Source: Thermoproteota archaeon
GTDB taxonomy: Archaea; Asgardarchaeota; Jordiarchaeia; Jordiarchaeales; Freyrarchaeaceae
Direction of reading: 5' to 3'
Assembly (NCBI GenBank): GCA_029258835.1
Contig: JAPDJY010000087.1
Coordinates: forward strand, 1-38,977
Length of the DNA: 38,977 nt
Shown here: positions 27,249 to 35,844 of the stretch, piece by piece
Numbering within the stretch: position 1 is the stretch's first letter
How the letters are laid out: each line of letters opens with the position of its first letter
Program-made: the position numbers and the translations under genes
Notes under the pieces: generated by a model
Databases searched by the model: none
The model's input: only the letters and a program-made list of their open reading frames with translations
Told to the model about the DNA's origin: nothing

Positions 27249-28088
27249 CTAAAGTTTTGCCATCACTCTAACTATTTCCGGGAAAATCCTTTCGGCGACG
27301 TCTCTCCTGCTACCTCCATGGGTTATCACCAAGTAGCGCCCTTCGCACACTTCCTCGGCGCACTCCAAAACAATCCTTGCAAGTTTAGGGTAAACTTCCT
27401 CTGTCAACCCTCTGTCACCATAATCCCCCTGGCACGTGTCGTGCCCAAATAGATGTATTATCATCACCGGCCTGAACTTTCTCACTCTTGGTATGAACTC
27501 CTCCTCGACGAGGCGTAAATATTCCTCATCGGCCACCTTCCACCCCACGTTCACATCGACTTTCGTTCCCTCATCCTCCACGGTATCCATGCTGCAGAAG
27601 CAGACGTGAAGCACGTCTCGATCTCCCATGAAGATCGACCTTGTACCATCCCCGTGATGGCTATCCGTGTCGATGATCGCGTACCTTTCCCTGCCATAGG
27701 TCTCCCTCATGTACGCTACGACCGGGCCAGTGCAGGAGACGTATGTTCCACCCCATGCGCTGGATGGCCCTGCATGGTGTCCTGCCGCCACGTCGAACAC
27801 AAGTGCGTTCTCCAGCTCACCTGTCCTTATTTTCTCAGCCGCTTTGATGCATCCCCCAACGGAAAGCATAGCTCCCTTACGGTACCACGACCTTTTCAAG
27901 TTTTCAACCAGCTCTCTACTGTGAACTTTAAGTAAAATTTCTTCGGAGACCTCCTTCGGCTCGATAAGCACGACGTTTGGGTTGTGTAGGAGGTCGCCGA
28001 GCACCTCGGGAAATCTGGCGAACTTGTCTCCTATCACAGGCCAGTCTTTACCCTTAAACTCTTCGTGGAAGAATACTCCGGTAACCAT
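27249..28088 (-). CDS. Histone deacetylase / acetylpolyamine amidohydrolase family protein
   Basis: LKVHS, GHHAG, IIDTDSHHGDGT, GHD..GD. Confidence 0.85.
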   Translation of the reverse strand: MVTGVFFHEEFKGKDWPVIGDKFARFPEVLGDLLHNPNVVLIEPKEVSEEILLKVHSRELVENLKRSWYRKGAMLSVGGCIKAAEKIRTGELENALVFDVAAGHHAGPSSAWGGTYVSCTGPVVAYMRETYGRERYAIIDTDSHHGDGTRSIFMGDRDVLHVCFCSMDTVEDEGTKVDVNVGWKVADEEYLRLVEEEFIPRVRKFRPVMIIHLFGHDTCQGDYGDRGLTEEVYPKLARIVLECAEEVCEGRYLVITHGGSRRDVAERIFPEIVRVMAKL

Positions 28089-28216
28089 CCTCCACCCTCC
28101 GGTGAGGAAACATCCAAGCATCCCTTCTTGAAACCTTTTCATAGAGGAAATACTTTTTTAAGTTTATTTCCAGTATTTTTTTCCTTAACTACCGAACTTA
28201 AAGGGAGGGTTTCTTT

Positions 28217-29596
28217 TTGGGCGATATAAAACCTGTTGTTTTAGACGAAGAAGAGATAGTTTCCCTTCTGACTACGCTGACGGAGGAGGAGATCTCCTTA
28301 GCCGGCTCTAGAGCTCTTGTCCCTATTAAGAAGCCTGTTTTCTTCGAAGGGGTACCTGCCAGCGCAAGGGTAAAGGACTTGGATGGGAAGGAGTATATCG
28401 ACTTCACTTCTCAGGCTTGGACCCTCAGCGTCGGGTTTTGCCATCCAGATGTGTGCTTCGCAGCGATAGAGCAGATAAAACACTTAACCCACATCAGAAA
28501 TCACTTCTTCACCGTGCCACGTGTCAAACTTATCAATAAGCTTGTGGAGATCGCACCGGGAGACCTTGAGAAGGTCGTTTTAAACACTCAAGGAGGCTCC
28601 GTCGCCATAGAGGCAGCCCTTAAACTGGCAATGATCAATAAGCCTAGAGCCCACCTCTTCGTGACGGCTTGGGGGGGCTACCACGGCAACACTCTTGCCA
28701 CGTTCGCGGCTACCCACTACATGAGAGAATTGGTCAGGTTCACCTCCTTCGGCTTAGACAGGTTCGTCAAGATCCCCTACCCTTACTGCTACCGTTGCCC
28801 GTTTAACCTTGAATACCCAGACTGCAGCTTGGAGTGCTTAGAGTTCTCGAAGAAGATGCTTGATAAGGGTGTCGGCGCCCCACTAATAGGAATCCTGATA
28901 GAACCCATTCTAGGGTCGGGCGGCGATGTCCCCCCACCTCCAGAGTACCTTAAAGAGTTGAGGAAGTTCTGTGATGAAGCCCGCCTTCTCCTGATCTTCG
29001 ACGAGTCACAGACAGCCTTTGGAAGGGTCGGGAGAATGTTCGCGTCCGAACTATTCGACGTCGTTCCGGATATAATGGCTCTAACAAAAGCCATCGGCGG
29101 CGGCTTCCCTGTAGGAGCCACCTTAGCAAGGAAGAAGCTTAAAAGTTTCAGTCCAGCGGAACAGCACAGCACGTTCTCAGCGAACCCTGTCGCATTCGCA
29201 GCGGCACTGATAAACATCCACGTCATACAGAAGCTGAACTTGCCTAGGAGAGCCGAGGAAATGGGGAAGTACGTTAGGAAACGGTTAGAGGAGCTTCAGG
29301 AGAAGTACGAGGTTATAGGTGATATACGTGGACCAGGACTCTTCATAGGCGTAGAACTTGTTAAGGACAGGAAGACGAAGGAGCCGGCAAACAAGGTGAC
29401 AGAACTTCTCCAGCAAGAGGCGTTGCAACGAGGGCTAATCCTAGGGTTAAGGGAGCCTGACATAACGCTGAAAGGAGACATCATAAGAAACCTCGTACAC
29501 GTTAAACCTCCCCTAGTTATAACGCAGGAAGAAGTTGACAGGGGAATTGAAATATTCGAGGAATCCCTCAAAGCAGCCCTAAGCCAAGCAGGATAA
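28217..29596 (+). CDS. Class III PLP-dependent aminotransferase (GabT/omega-amine transaminase-like)
   Basis: DLDGKEYIDF, YHGNT, EPILG, FDESQTAFGRVG, LTKAIGGG, STFSANP. Confidence 0.93.
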   Translation: MGDIKPVVLDEEEIVSLLTTLTEEEISLAGSRALVPIKKPVFFEGVPASARVKDLDGKEYIDFTSQAWTLSVGFCHPDVCFAAIEQIKHLTHIRNHFFTVPRVKLINKLVEIAPGDLEKVVLNTQGGSVAIEAALKLAMINKPRAHLFVTAWGGYHGNTLATFAATHYMRELVRFTSFGLDRFVKIPYPYCYRCPFNLEYPDCSLECLEFSKKMLDKGVGAPLIGILIEPILGSGGDVPPPPEYLKELRKFCDEARLLLIFDESQTAFGRVGRMFASELFDVVPDIMALTKAIGGGFPVGATLARKKLKSFSPAEQHSTFSANPVAFAAALINIHVIQKLNLPRRAEEMGKYVRKRLEELQEKYEVIGDIRGPGLFIGVELVKDRKTKEPANKVTELLQQEALQRGLILGLREPDITLKGDIIRNLVHVKPPLVITQEEVDRGIEIFEESLKAALSQAG

Positions 29597-29772
29597 GCGA
29601 TTTTCACACCTTTCATTTTCCCATCTAAATATGGCTGCGAAGTTTATGTTAAACTTGAGGATAGTTCGTCTTCTAGTTGATTTTCCATGGGAGGACTTCC
29701 GTTAAAACATCGCTTCCGACAACAGTAGTTTAAAATTACCTTTGGTTTTTAGTCTTTAATGGAGGATCTCTG

Positions 29773-30510
29773 ATGCGAATTGCGGCCACCGGCGACTTCC
29801 ACCTGGGCATTAAGGGCAAGTTTAAAATCGTCTTTACCCTTGAAAACGTTAGGTACTGTCTGAGCAGGTTAGAGTACTTGATGGTAGACGTGTTCCTCTT
29901 CTGCGGAGACCTCTCCATGGAGAAGAAGTATAACGATAACGTTAAAAGCGCCCTCCTTCTCTTAGCATCGACCCCAGCCAAGTACCGGTTCATGGTTATT
30001 GGGAACCATGATTGGTGGTATACCCCAAAACTGAAAAAACGTTTCTTCGACCCCTCAGACCTGAAGATCTTGGACGGTGAAGGGTGCTACTTGGAGGATT
30101 TAAATTTGGGTGTAGCGGGCGTGAGGGGGTGGTACGACTACTCATTTAACATAGGAGTTGATGTTGAAAGGGAGAAGTATGAGTCGGCGCTGAAAGTCAC
30201 CAGCAGAGAACTCCGGAAGCTTGAGAAGGCCTTAAGGGAAATCGAAGATGCCCGAACAAAAATAGTTTTAATGCACTTTTCACCAACAGCCGAAACGGTT
30301 AAAGGAGACCCATGCATGGAGCTATGCGGTGCAAGCGTATTCATGGACGTCATCGAATCGTACGAGGTAAACTACGTCTTCCATGGTCACAGCCACAGGT
30401 GTAGAGACGACGTCCTCGAACGCGTAGTTAACGGGGTGAAAATTTTCAATGTGGCATGCGATAAAAGAGGGTTCACCCCTCTAATCATAGAGCTAAACCC
30501 TTCCCCCTAG
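29773..30510 (+). CDS. Calcineurin-like metallophosphoesterase
   Basis: GDFH, GDL, GNHD, MH, HGHSH. Confidence 0.88.
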   Translation: MRIAATGDFHLGIKGKFKIVFTLENVRYCLSRLEYLMVDVFLFCGDLSMEKKYNDNVKSALLLLASTPAKYRFMVIGNHDWWYTPKLKKRFFDPSDLKILDGEGCYLEDLNLGVAGVRGWYDYSFNIGVDVEREKYESALKVTSRELRKLEKALREIEDARTKIVLMHFSPTAETVKGDPCMELCGASVFMDVIESYEVNYVFHGHSHRCRDDVLERVVNGVKIFNVACDKRGFTPLIIELNPSP

Positions 30511-30560
30511 AAGGGGGCGGGTAAAAGCGAGGCTTTAACAGGTTCCTTGGAGGCTTCTTC

Positions 30561-30863
30561 TTGAGCGGTGAATGGGACACCCGGCGTGAGAGAATTGTAA
30601 GTCTCCTACGGGAGAGTGAAGGGCCTCTCAGCGTAGACCAGATATCCCGGATCTTAGAATTGGACCCCAAGGACGTTCTAGAAGACCTGCGCCACATTGC
30701 ACGGTCACTGCAAAGGTCGAGGGAGCAGCTCGTCGCCCTCCCTCCCAAATGCCTAAAATGCGGCTACGTCTTCAATCTTGACAAGCCGAAGTCTCCATCA
30801 AAATGCCCGAAATGTAAAAGCGAATGGATTGCGAAGCCTCTTTTCAAGGTGGTTCCCCGCTAA
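30561..30863 (+). CDS. HTH + Zn-ribbon predicted transcriptional regulator (COG3357-like)
   Basis: TRRERI, EDLRHIARS, PPKCLKCGY...PSKCPKCKSEWI. Confidence 0.88.
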   Translation: MSGEWDTRRERIVSLLRESEGPLSVDQISRILELDPKDVLEDLRHIARSLQRSREQLVALPPKCLKCGYVFNLDKPKSPSKCPKCKSEWIAKPLFKVVPR

Positions 30864-30866
30864 TCC

Positions 30867-31685
30867 TCAGTTTGTGATGTCTCCACGTGGATTCACAAAC
30901 TTGTTAGAGTCTGCGACCCTCCCTCTAACGCTGCAATCTCCACCTACCGATACTACAGGGTTACCCCCATCACCGCACATGATGAACACGTTTCCCTCTA
31001 TCGTAGCGGTCGAGTAACGTGTTAGGAGGATTCCGCAGCGGCAATCGTAGAACATGTTCCCCCTTAACTCCGCATCAGACTTCTCCATCACAACCACAGC
31101 TGGATCCACTACGTGGCTTACGAACTCATTGTCAACAACTTTAATCCTAGAACCCCACGCTGCGCCTATCCCAAGCATATTCTCTTGGAAGACGCACCTT
31201 TCAACCTTTAAGTCTCCTCCCTTAACCCACAACGCTGCAACTTCATTCCTTGAGAATTCACACCTCTCAACTGAAATCACGCTTCCCTCACAAAGCAGCG
31301 CTCCGTAACCATTACCGTGGAAGCGGCAGCCAACAATCCTTGCCAACCCCATCTCCACGCGGAGCGATGCCTGCAAGCATCCTGTAAACTCACAGTTGGT
31401 TGCCTCCACCCTGCCATACTTAACGTTGAGGACCTCCGCCTCTCCTAGGCTAACCATTGAAACGCCTTCAACCCTAAACCTTCTAACTCCCTCGCAGATG
31501 AAGCCGTACCCGTCAAATACCAGCTTCGTAGCTCCTACTCCTCCCCCCTTAAGGGTTACATCCACCTCAACCTCTAACCCGTCAACCCTATACTCTCCCT
31601 TATCTAGGATTATTTCGTCTCCGGGTGACGCTCTGCGAAGCGCGCTGCTCAGCTCTGTTCCGCCACCTTTCACAGCAACCCTCAC
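30867..31685 (-). CDS. Right-handed parallel beta-helix (CASH/NosD-like) protein
   Basis: ALRRASPGDEIILDKGEY plus repeated I/V-x-x-C/N-x-F-x-x-N units. Confidence 0.8.
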   Translation of the reverse strand: MRVAVKGGGTELSSALRRASPGDEIILDKGEYRVDGLEVEVDVTLKGGGVGATKLVFDGYGFICEGVRRFRVEGVSMVSLGEAEVLNVKYGRVEATNCEFTGCLQASLRVEMGLARIVGCRFHGNGYGALLCEGSVISVERCEFSRNEVAALWVKGGDLKVERCVFQENMLGIGAAWGSRIKVVDNEFVSHVVDPAVVVMEKSDAELRGNMFYDCRCGILLTRYSTATIEGNVFIMCGDGGNPVVSVGGDCSVRGRVADSNKFVNPRGDITN

Positions 31686-31933
31686 ATTGTGCTCCTCCTA
31701 AATCAAAACTATTAATGTTACTAGCAACACCACCTTAATGTTCCGTCCCTTAAGGGTTAACCTTATCAGGTCTATGTCGTTTCAACCATTTATCTTCCAA
31801 AATTTGCATGATAAAGTTGTGTTCTTTTCAAATATAAGCTTTTATCTGGGATTCTTTAACTCCCTAAAAATTTGAATTAACTTAAAGTTACCATGGAAGC
31901 AGGAGTTCTATTGTGAAATTCGCAGTGAAAACG

Positions 31934-33508
31934 TTACCCTTTAAATTCCAGCTCCCTTCTAAGCCTCTTAATAAATCGTATGCTCCATTTAACCTTCACC
32001 TTGGCAAGCCTCTTCGTCTCCTTAAAGTGCATGGTACGAGCAAAATTTTCAGTGTCCCTTTCCAAGTGTCCTATAGCATCCTGTATGGTCTCCCCCTTCC
32101 ATCCTGCCTCCTTTAGACACCTGGCGAGTCCTAGGAGCCCTAAGGCGTCCACCTTGTCGGCATCCCAAAGTATCTTTTCTTCCAAGCTTGTTAATCTTTC
32201 GGGATGGTCGGTGTGATGGCTTAAAATCGCCTTAATGACCTTTTCAAGCCTCTCCTCTGGAATCCTCCCCTCCAGCAAGGATCTAGCAACACTCACCCCA
32301 ATCTCGGCGTGTCTCGCCTCGTCTTTCCCCCTACCCGCGTCGTGGAGTATGCTTGCAAGCCTGACCGCCTCAACGTCTGCATCATACTTCAAAGCCAGGC
32401 GAGTTGAACACGTTAAAACTCTTTTCATATGATCCCACCCGTGGGCTGGGTCTGTTCTCCCTAGAAGGTCTCTAGCCACCATTAAGCACTTCCTCTCAAG
32501 CAAATATCTCCTAACGATCCTTGAAACGTCCATTATTGACGTTTCACCTTTAACGACGTCCCCATATTCAGGCTTGCTGATTATAAGGGGGACATACATT
32601 TCTTCTCGTGAGACGCCGCCATGACTGCCTCTGAGCCTTTGCTCGCTCAGCTCGTAGCCGGGCTGGGCTGCCACCATCAAGTCTCCGCTTCTCTTATTTA
32701 AAAGAGAAATTTTGTCTGCCTCCTCCCGTGAAACGATCAGGTTAAACCTTCCATCCTCTCTGAGTGCCTTCCTAGCTTCCTCCACTTCTCCATCCAAGTA
32801 TATGTGGGCGAACCTGTGGGAAGCGCAAACCACGGGGTTAAAGTCAGCTAAAACCTCGTAAACCCTAATGTTTTCTCTAACCTCGGTCATCCCGTGGTCA
32901 GCGGTCACCACTATAAGGTAATCCTCGTACGACTCCTCCAGCACCTCCCTGATCCTCCCTATCAGCCTGTCGTCTTTTTCTAAGAGCCTGATTTCCTCGC
33001 TGCTCAGGGGTCCAAACTTCTCCCCGACTACGTCGACTCCAGGGAAGTTTACGGCGATAACTTCAGGCTGGTGGGCTTCGATCATCTCTAAAACCTTTGC
33101 CGTAGCATACTCGTCCTGACGCCAAACATCCCTAGCCTGAACTTCCCCTTTAGAGACGACGAGCTTAGCCCCTTTCGTGATCGGCTCACCCACACATCCC
33201 CCACAAGCCACCTCCTCGAAAATCGTTGACGCTTCTACGTAGAGGTTAACGTCGTCGACGTCAAAATCGATCACTCTCCCCTCCTCTGCGTCATAGTAAA
33301 AGTTTCCGACGACGCCGTGCTCTCCCGGAGTGCGCCCGGTAACTATGGAGCAGTGGGCTGTGTAAGTCGCCGTGGGCACAACGGACTTACATTTAAAGGT
33401 CCAGGCTCCCTCGGTCATGACTTCATCCAGCACCGGCGTGTCAGCTTTTTTAAACGCTTTAACGTTGCATCCATCCAAAACAACTATTACGGCGCAGCTT
33501 CCACCCAT
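31934..33508 (-). CDS. Alkaline-phosphatase-superfamily (NPP/phosphonoacetate hydrolase-like) domain fused to an HD domain
   Basis: VLDG, PTATYTAHCSIVTG..PGEHGVVGN, TADHGM, GSHGG; then HGWDH, ILHDAG, H, SHH, DADKVD. Confidence 0.85.
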   Translation of the reverse strand: MGGSCAVIVVLDGCNVKAFKKADTPVLDEVMTEGAWTFKCKSVVPTATYTAHCSIVTGRTPGEHGVVGNFYYDAEEGRVIDFDVDDVNLYVEASTIFEEVACGGCVGEPITKGAKLVVSKGEVQARDVWRQDEYATAKVLEMIEAHQPEVIAVNFPGVDVVGEKFGPLSSEEIRLLEKDDRLIGRIREVLEESYEDYLIVVTADHGMTEVRENIRVYEVLADFNPVVCASHRFAHIYLDGEVEEARKALREDGRFNLIVSREEADKISLLNKRSGDLMVAAQPGYELSEQRLRGSHGGVSREEMYVPLIISKPEYGDVVKGETSIMDVSRIVRRYLLERKCLMVARDLLGRTDPAHGWDHMKRVLTCSTRLALKYDADVEAVRLASILHDAGRGKDEARHAEIGVSVARSLLEGRIPEERLEKVIKAILSHHTDHPERLTSLEEKILWDADKVDALGLLGLARCLKEAGWKGETIQDAIGHLERDTENFARTMHFKETKRLAKVKVKWSIRFIKRLRRELEFKG

Positions 33509-33564
33509 GGTCTCCCATATTCCTCCGTGTTCCATTTTAAACATTGCTTATGCAGTACCGGGGG

Positions 33565-34032
33565 TTAACGGTGCCGCATCTGGAAAAGCTTCCCCTCACT
33601 TTCCCTTAAAACCTCTCTTGCAACCTCACCTAATTCCTCCTTATCTTTCGGGAGGGATGTAAGAAGTTGCTTAATGAAGTCCTCTGAAAAAACTATCGTT
33701 AACACATCCTTGTCCGAGTGGAACGTAGCCTTCGCCTCCTCCCTCCTCTTCGTCGCCGTCACGGTCAGCCTTCCATTTCCAACGGTGCAGCCGGACGAAA
33801 CCTGAAGTCCATCTAAAATGCAGCTCGTAGGAGGCTCTAGGAAAACGGCTGCTTCAACTCTCGACACGCCTCCTAACAGCTTTCTCGCCGTTAACCCCGC
33901 CCTTAAACCCAAAACAAGGAATGGGCCTAGATGCCCGTGGAGGCGGACGGCAAACTTCAGCATTTCCTCAACCTCTCCTTCCTCCATCCCAGCCACCTCG
34001 CAGTCACCCGCCGCCCTCTTCAGCGCCTTCAC
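33565..34032 (-). CDS. FmdE-family protein
   Basis: LHGHLGPFLVLGLRAG, SCILDGLQVSSGCTVGNGRL. Confidence 0.85.
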   Translation of the reverse strand: MKALKRAAGDCEVAGMEEGEVEEMLKFAVRLHGHLGPFLVLGLRAGLTARKLLGGVSRVEAAVFLEPPTSCILDGLQVSSGCTVGNGRLTVTATKRREEAKATFHSDKDVLTIVFSEDFIKQLLTSLPKDKEELGEVAREVLRESEGKLFQMRHR

Positions 34033-34101
34033 ATTGAAACACCAAAGTTAAAGGGAAATGCCCTGTCGGCGACCATGATCCTTGTTTAACATTTATTTCG
34101 T

Positions 34102-35379
34102 TTAAATGTTGCATTTGGCTAGCCCTGTGCTGTATATGCATTCGCTGCAGCTAGGCGTGTTCCCATAGCAGTCGAGCTCGTTCGACCCCGTGAACCAGCA
34201 GTCCATTGTTGAGTATGGGCAGTCGCCACACCAAGGAGTCGACTCTACTATGTTCTTCGTCCTCTCCCTAAACTCCACATATTCCTCTCCATTCCAGATC
34301 TCTTCCAAGCTCCTCTCCTTGATGTTTCCGAAAGAGCATCTTATAACTTTCTTGTAGTGTTTGTTTACGTAGCATTGGTGTTCGTGGAGGTATTCTTGGC
34401 ATGGGGCCACTCCCCCATCCCACCTGATCGTCGTGGCGTTCTTCTCCACGTAGGGGCACTTCCTCGCGTTCACGCTGAAGACAGCTGGCGGCAGCGTAAG
34501 CTTTAAACCGTACTGTGAAGCCACCTTACTAGCCTCTCCGAAAACCCTCTTAACCTTTTCTAGAATGTTAACGTCTACCTCTCCGCTGAGAATTAACGGA
34601 GCGTTGATTTCAGCGTTCATTTCCCTAGCCTTACGCCAGGCATCCATTAAAAGCTCTGCTTTATCAGACTTGATAGGCACCCCCGCGTAAACCGTCGAGA
34701 GGAGGCTCTGCGCTGCCTCCAATATGACTTCCCATCCTCTCCCGAAAAGGTTTCTCCCAGCGTTGATCCCCTCCTCGCTGATGGTCGTATAAGCAGCTTG
34801 CCTCGCCACTTCCTCAGAGTAGGGAATCACATGGGACACTAAAACGTGCTCTACACCCATCTCCGCAACGTCTGCTACGAAGCTGGGCAGCTCATCTAGG
34901 TTTCCTCTCATCACGACATATTCCACCCCAACCTCCACGTCGGAGCTGAACTTTCCAGCTAGGTAGCGTAGGTTTTCTAAAACTGCCCTGCTGTCTATCC
35001 CGTAGCGTATCTTCCTCAACCTTTCCTCGTTCAAACTGTCAAGTGACACGTAGATCGACGTTACACCAGCGCTAACCAGTTTACCCGCAAGACCCCGGGT
35101 GAGAAGCGTCCCGTTAGTCGTCAGGGTTAAGTCTGCCTCACTCTCCCTCTTAACGAACTCAGCCATCTTCACAATGTCAGGGTTCATTAGAGGCTCTCCC
35201 AAACCGTAGAGGACGACCTTGTCAGCCTCCCTCACAGCATCCCTAAGCCTTTTAAAAAGGGAAAACCCCATCACACCCTCCTCTGATGGGTTCCAAGTTC
35301 GTCTTTGGCACATGAAACAGTTCAAGTTGCACAGGGACGAAACCTCAACCTGAATAACGGAGGGCGAACCATCCATCAT
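34102..35379 (-). CDS. Radical SAM/SPASM protein, tungsten-cofactor oxidoreductase maturase-like
   Basis: CNLNCFMC, GLGEPL, TTNG, Cys-rich SPASM C-terminus; follows aor-moaD. Confidence 0.88.
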   Translation of the reverse strand: MMDGSPSVIQVEVSSLCNLNCFMCQRRTWNPSEEGVMGFSLFKRLRDAVREADKVVLYGLGEPLMNPDIVKMAEFVKRESEADLTLTTNGTLLTRGLAGKLVSAGVTSIYVSLDSLNEERLRKIRYGIDSRAVLENLRYLAGKFSSDVEVGVEYVVMRGNLDELPSFVADVAEMGVEHVLVSHVIPYSEEVARQAAYTTISEEGINAGRNLFGRGWEVILEAAQSLLSTVYAGVPIKSDKAELLMDAWRKAREMNAEINAPLILSGEVDVNILEKVKRVFGEASKVASQYGLKLTLPPAVFSVNARKCPYVEKNATTIRWDGGVAPCQEYLHEHQCYVNKHYKKVIRCSFGNIKERSLEEIWNGEEYVEFRERTKNIVESTPWCGDCPYSTMDCWFTGSNELDCYGNTPSCSECIYSTGLAKCNI

Positions 35380-35510
35380 AATAAGAAACCACCATTACCG
35401 CCTGTGGTAACGATCACTGAACACGTTAAAAGGTTTACTTTCACAGCAAGAAGACGGGAAAAGCCGGTCAGGGCCTAAAGCGATGTTTGCAGCAGCCCAA
35501 TTCAAACCTT

Positions 35511-35792
35511 CTAGCCGCCGGCTATCGGCGGAAAGATCGCCACCTGGTCTCCGTCACTAAAGCTAATCTTCGCCTTATCCATCGTCTTCACGTTAACACC
35601 ATTTATGAGGAATAACACATCACCCTTAACATCACCCTCTTTCTCGTCAAAAATATCCTCTTTAACGCCCTTAACCTTCTCGTTTAAGGCCTCCACGAGG
35701 CTTTTAAGGCCTCCATCACAGTCAACTTCAACCTCTTTAACTCCGTATTTACGCCTGAAGTTAGCGTAAAACTTCACTTTAACCTTAGCCAA
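35511..35792 (-). CDS. MoaD/ThiS/SAMP ubiquitin-like sulfur carrier
   Basis: VKVKFYANFR, INGVN, DGDQVAIFPPIAGG (C-terminal GG). Confidence 0.92.
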   Translation of the reverse strand: MAKVKVKFYANFRRKYGVKEVEVDCDGGLKSLVEALNEKVKGVKEDIFDEKEGDVKGDVLFLINGVNVKTMDKAKISFSDGDQVAIFPPIAGG

Positions 35793-35844
35793 GCAAGGCA
35801 CCCGAGAGAAAAGGAAGAAAGGGAAGTATAAAAAATTGCTGGTT

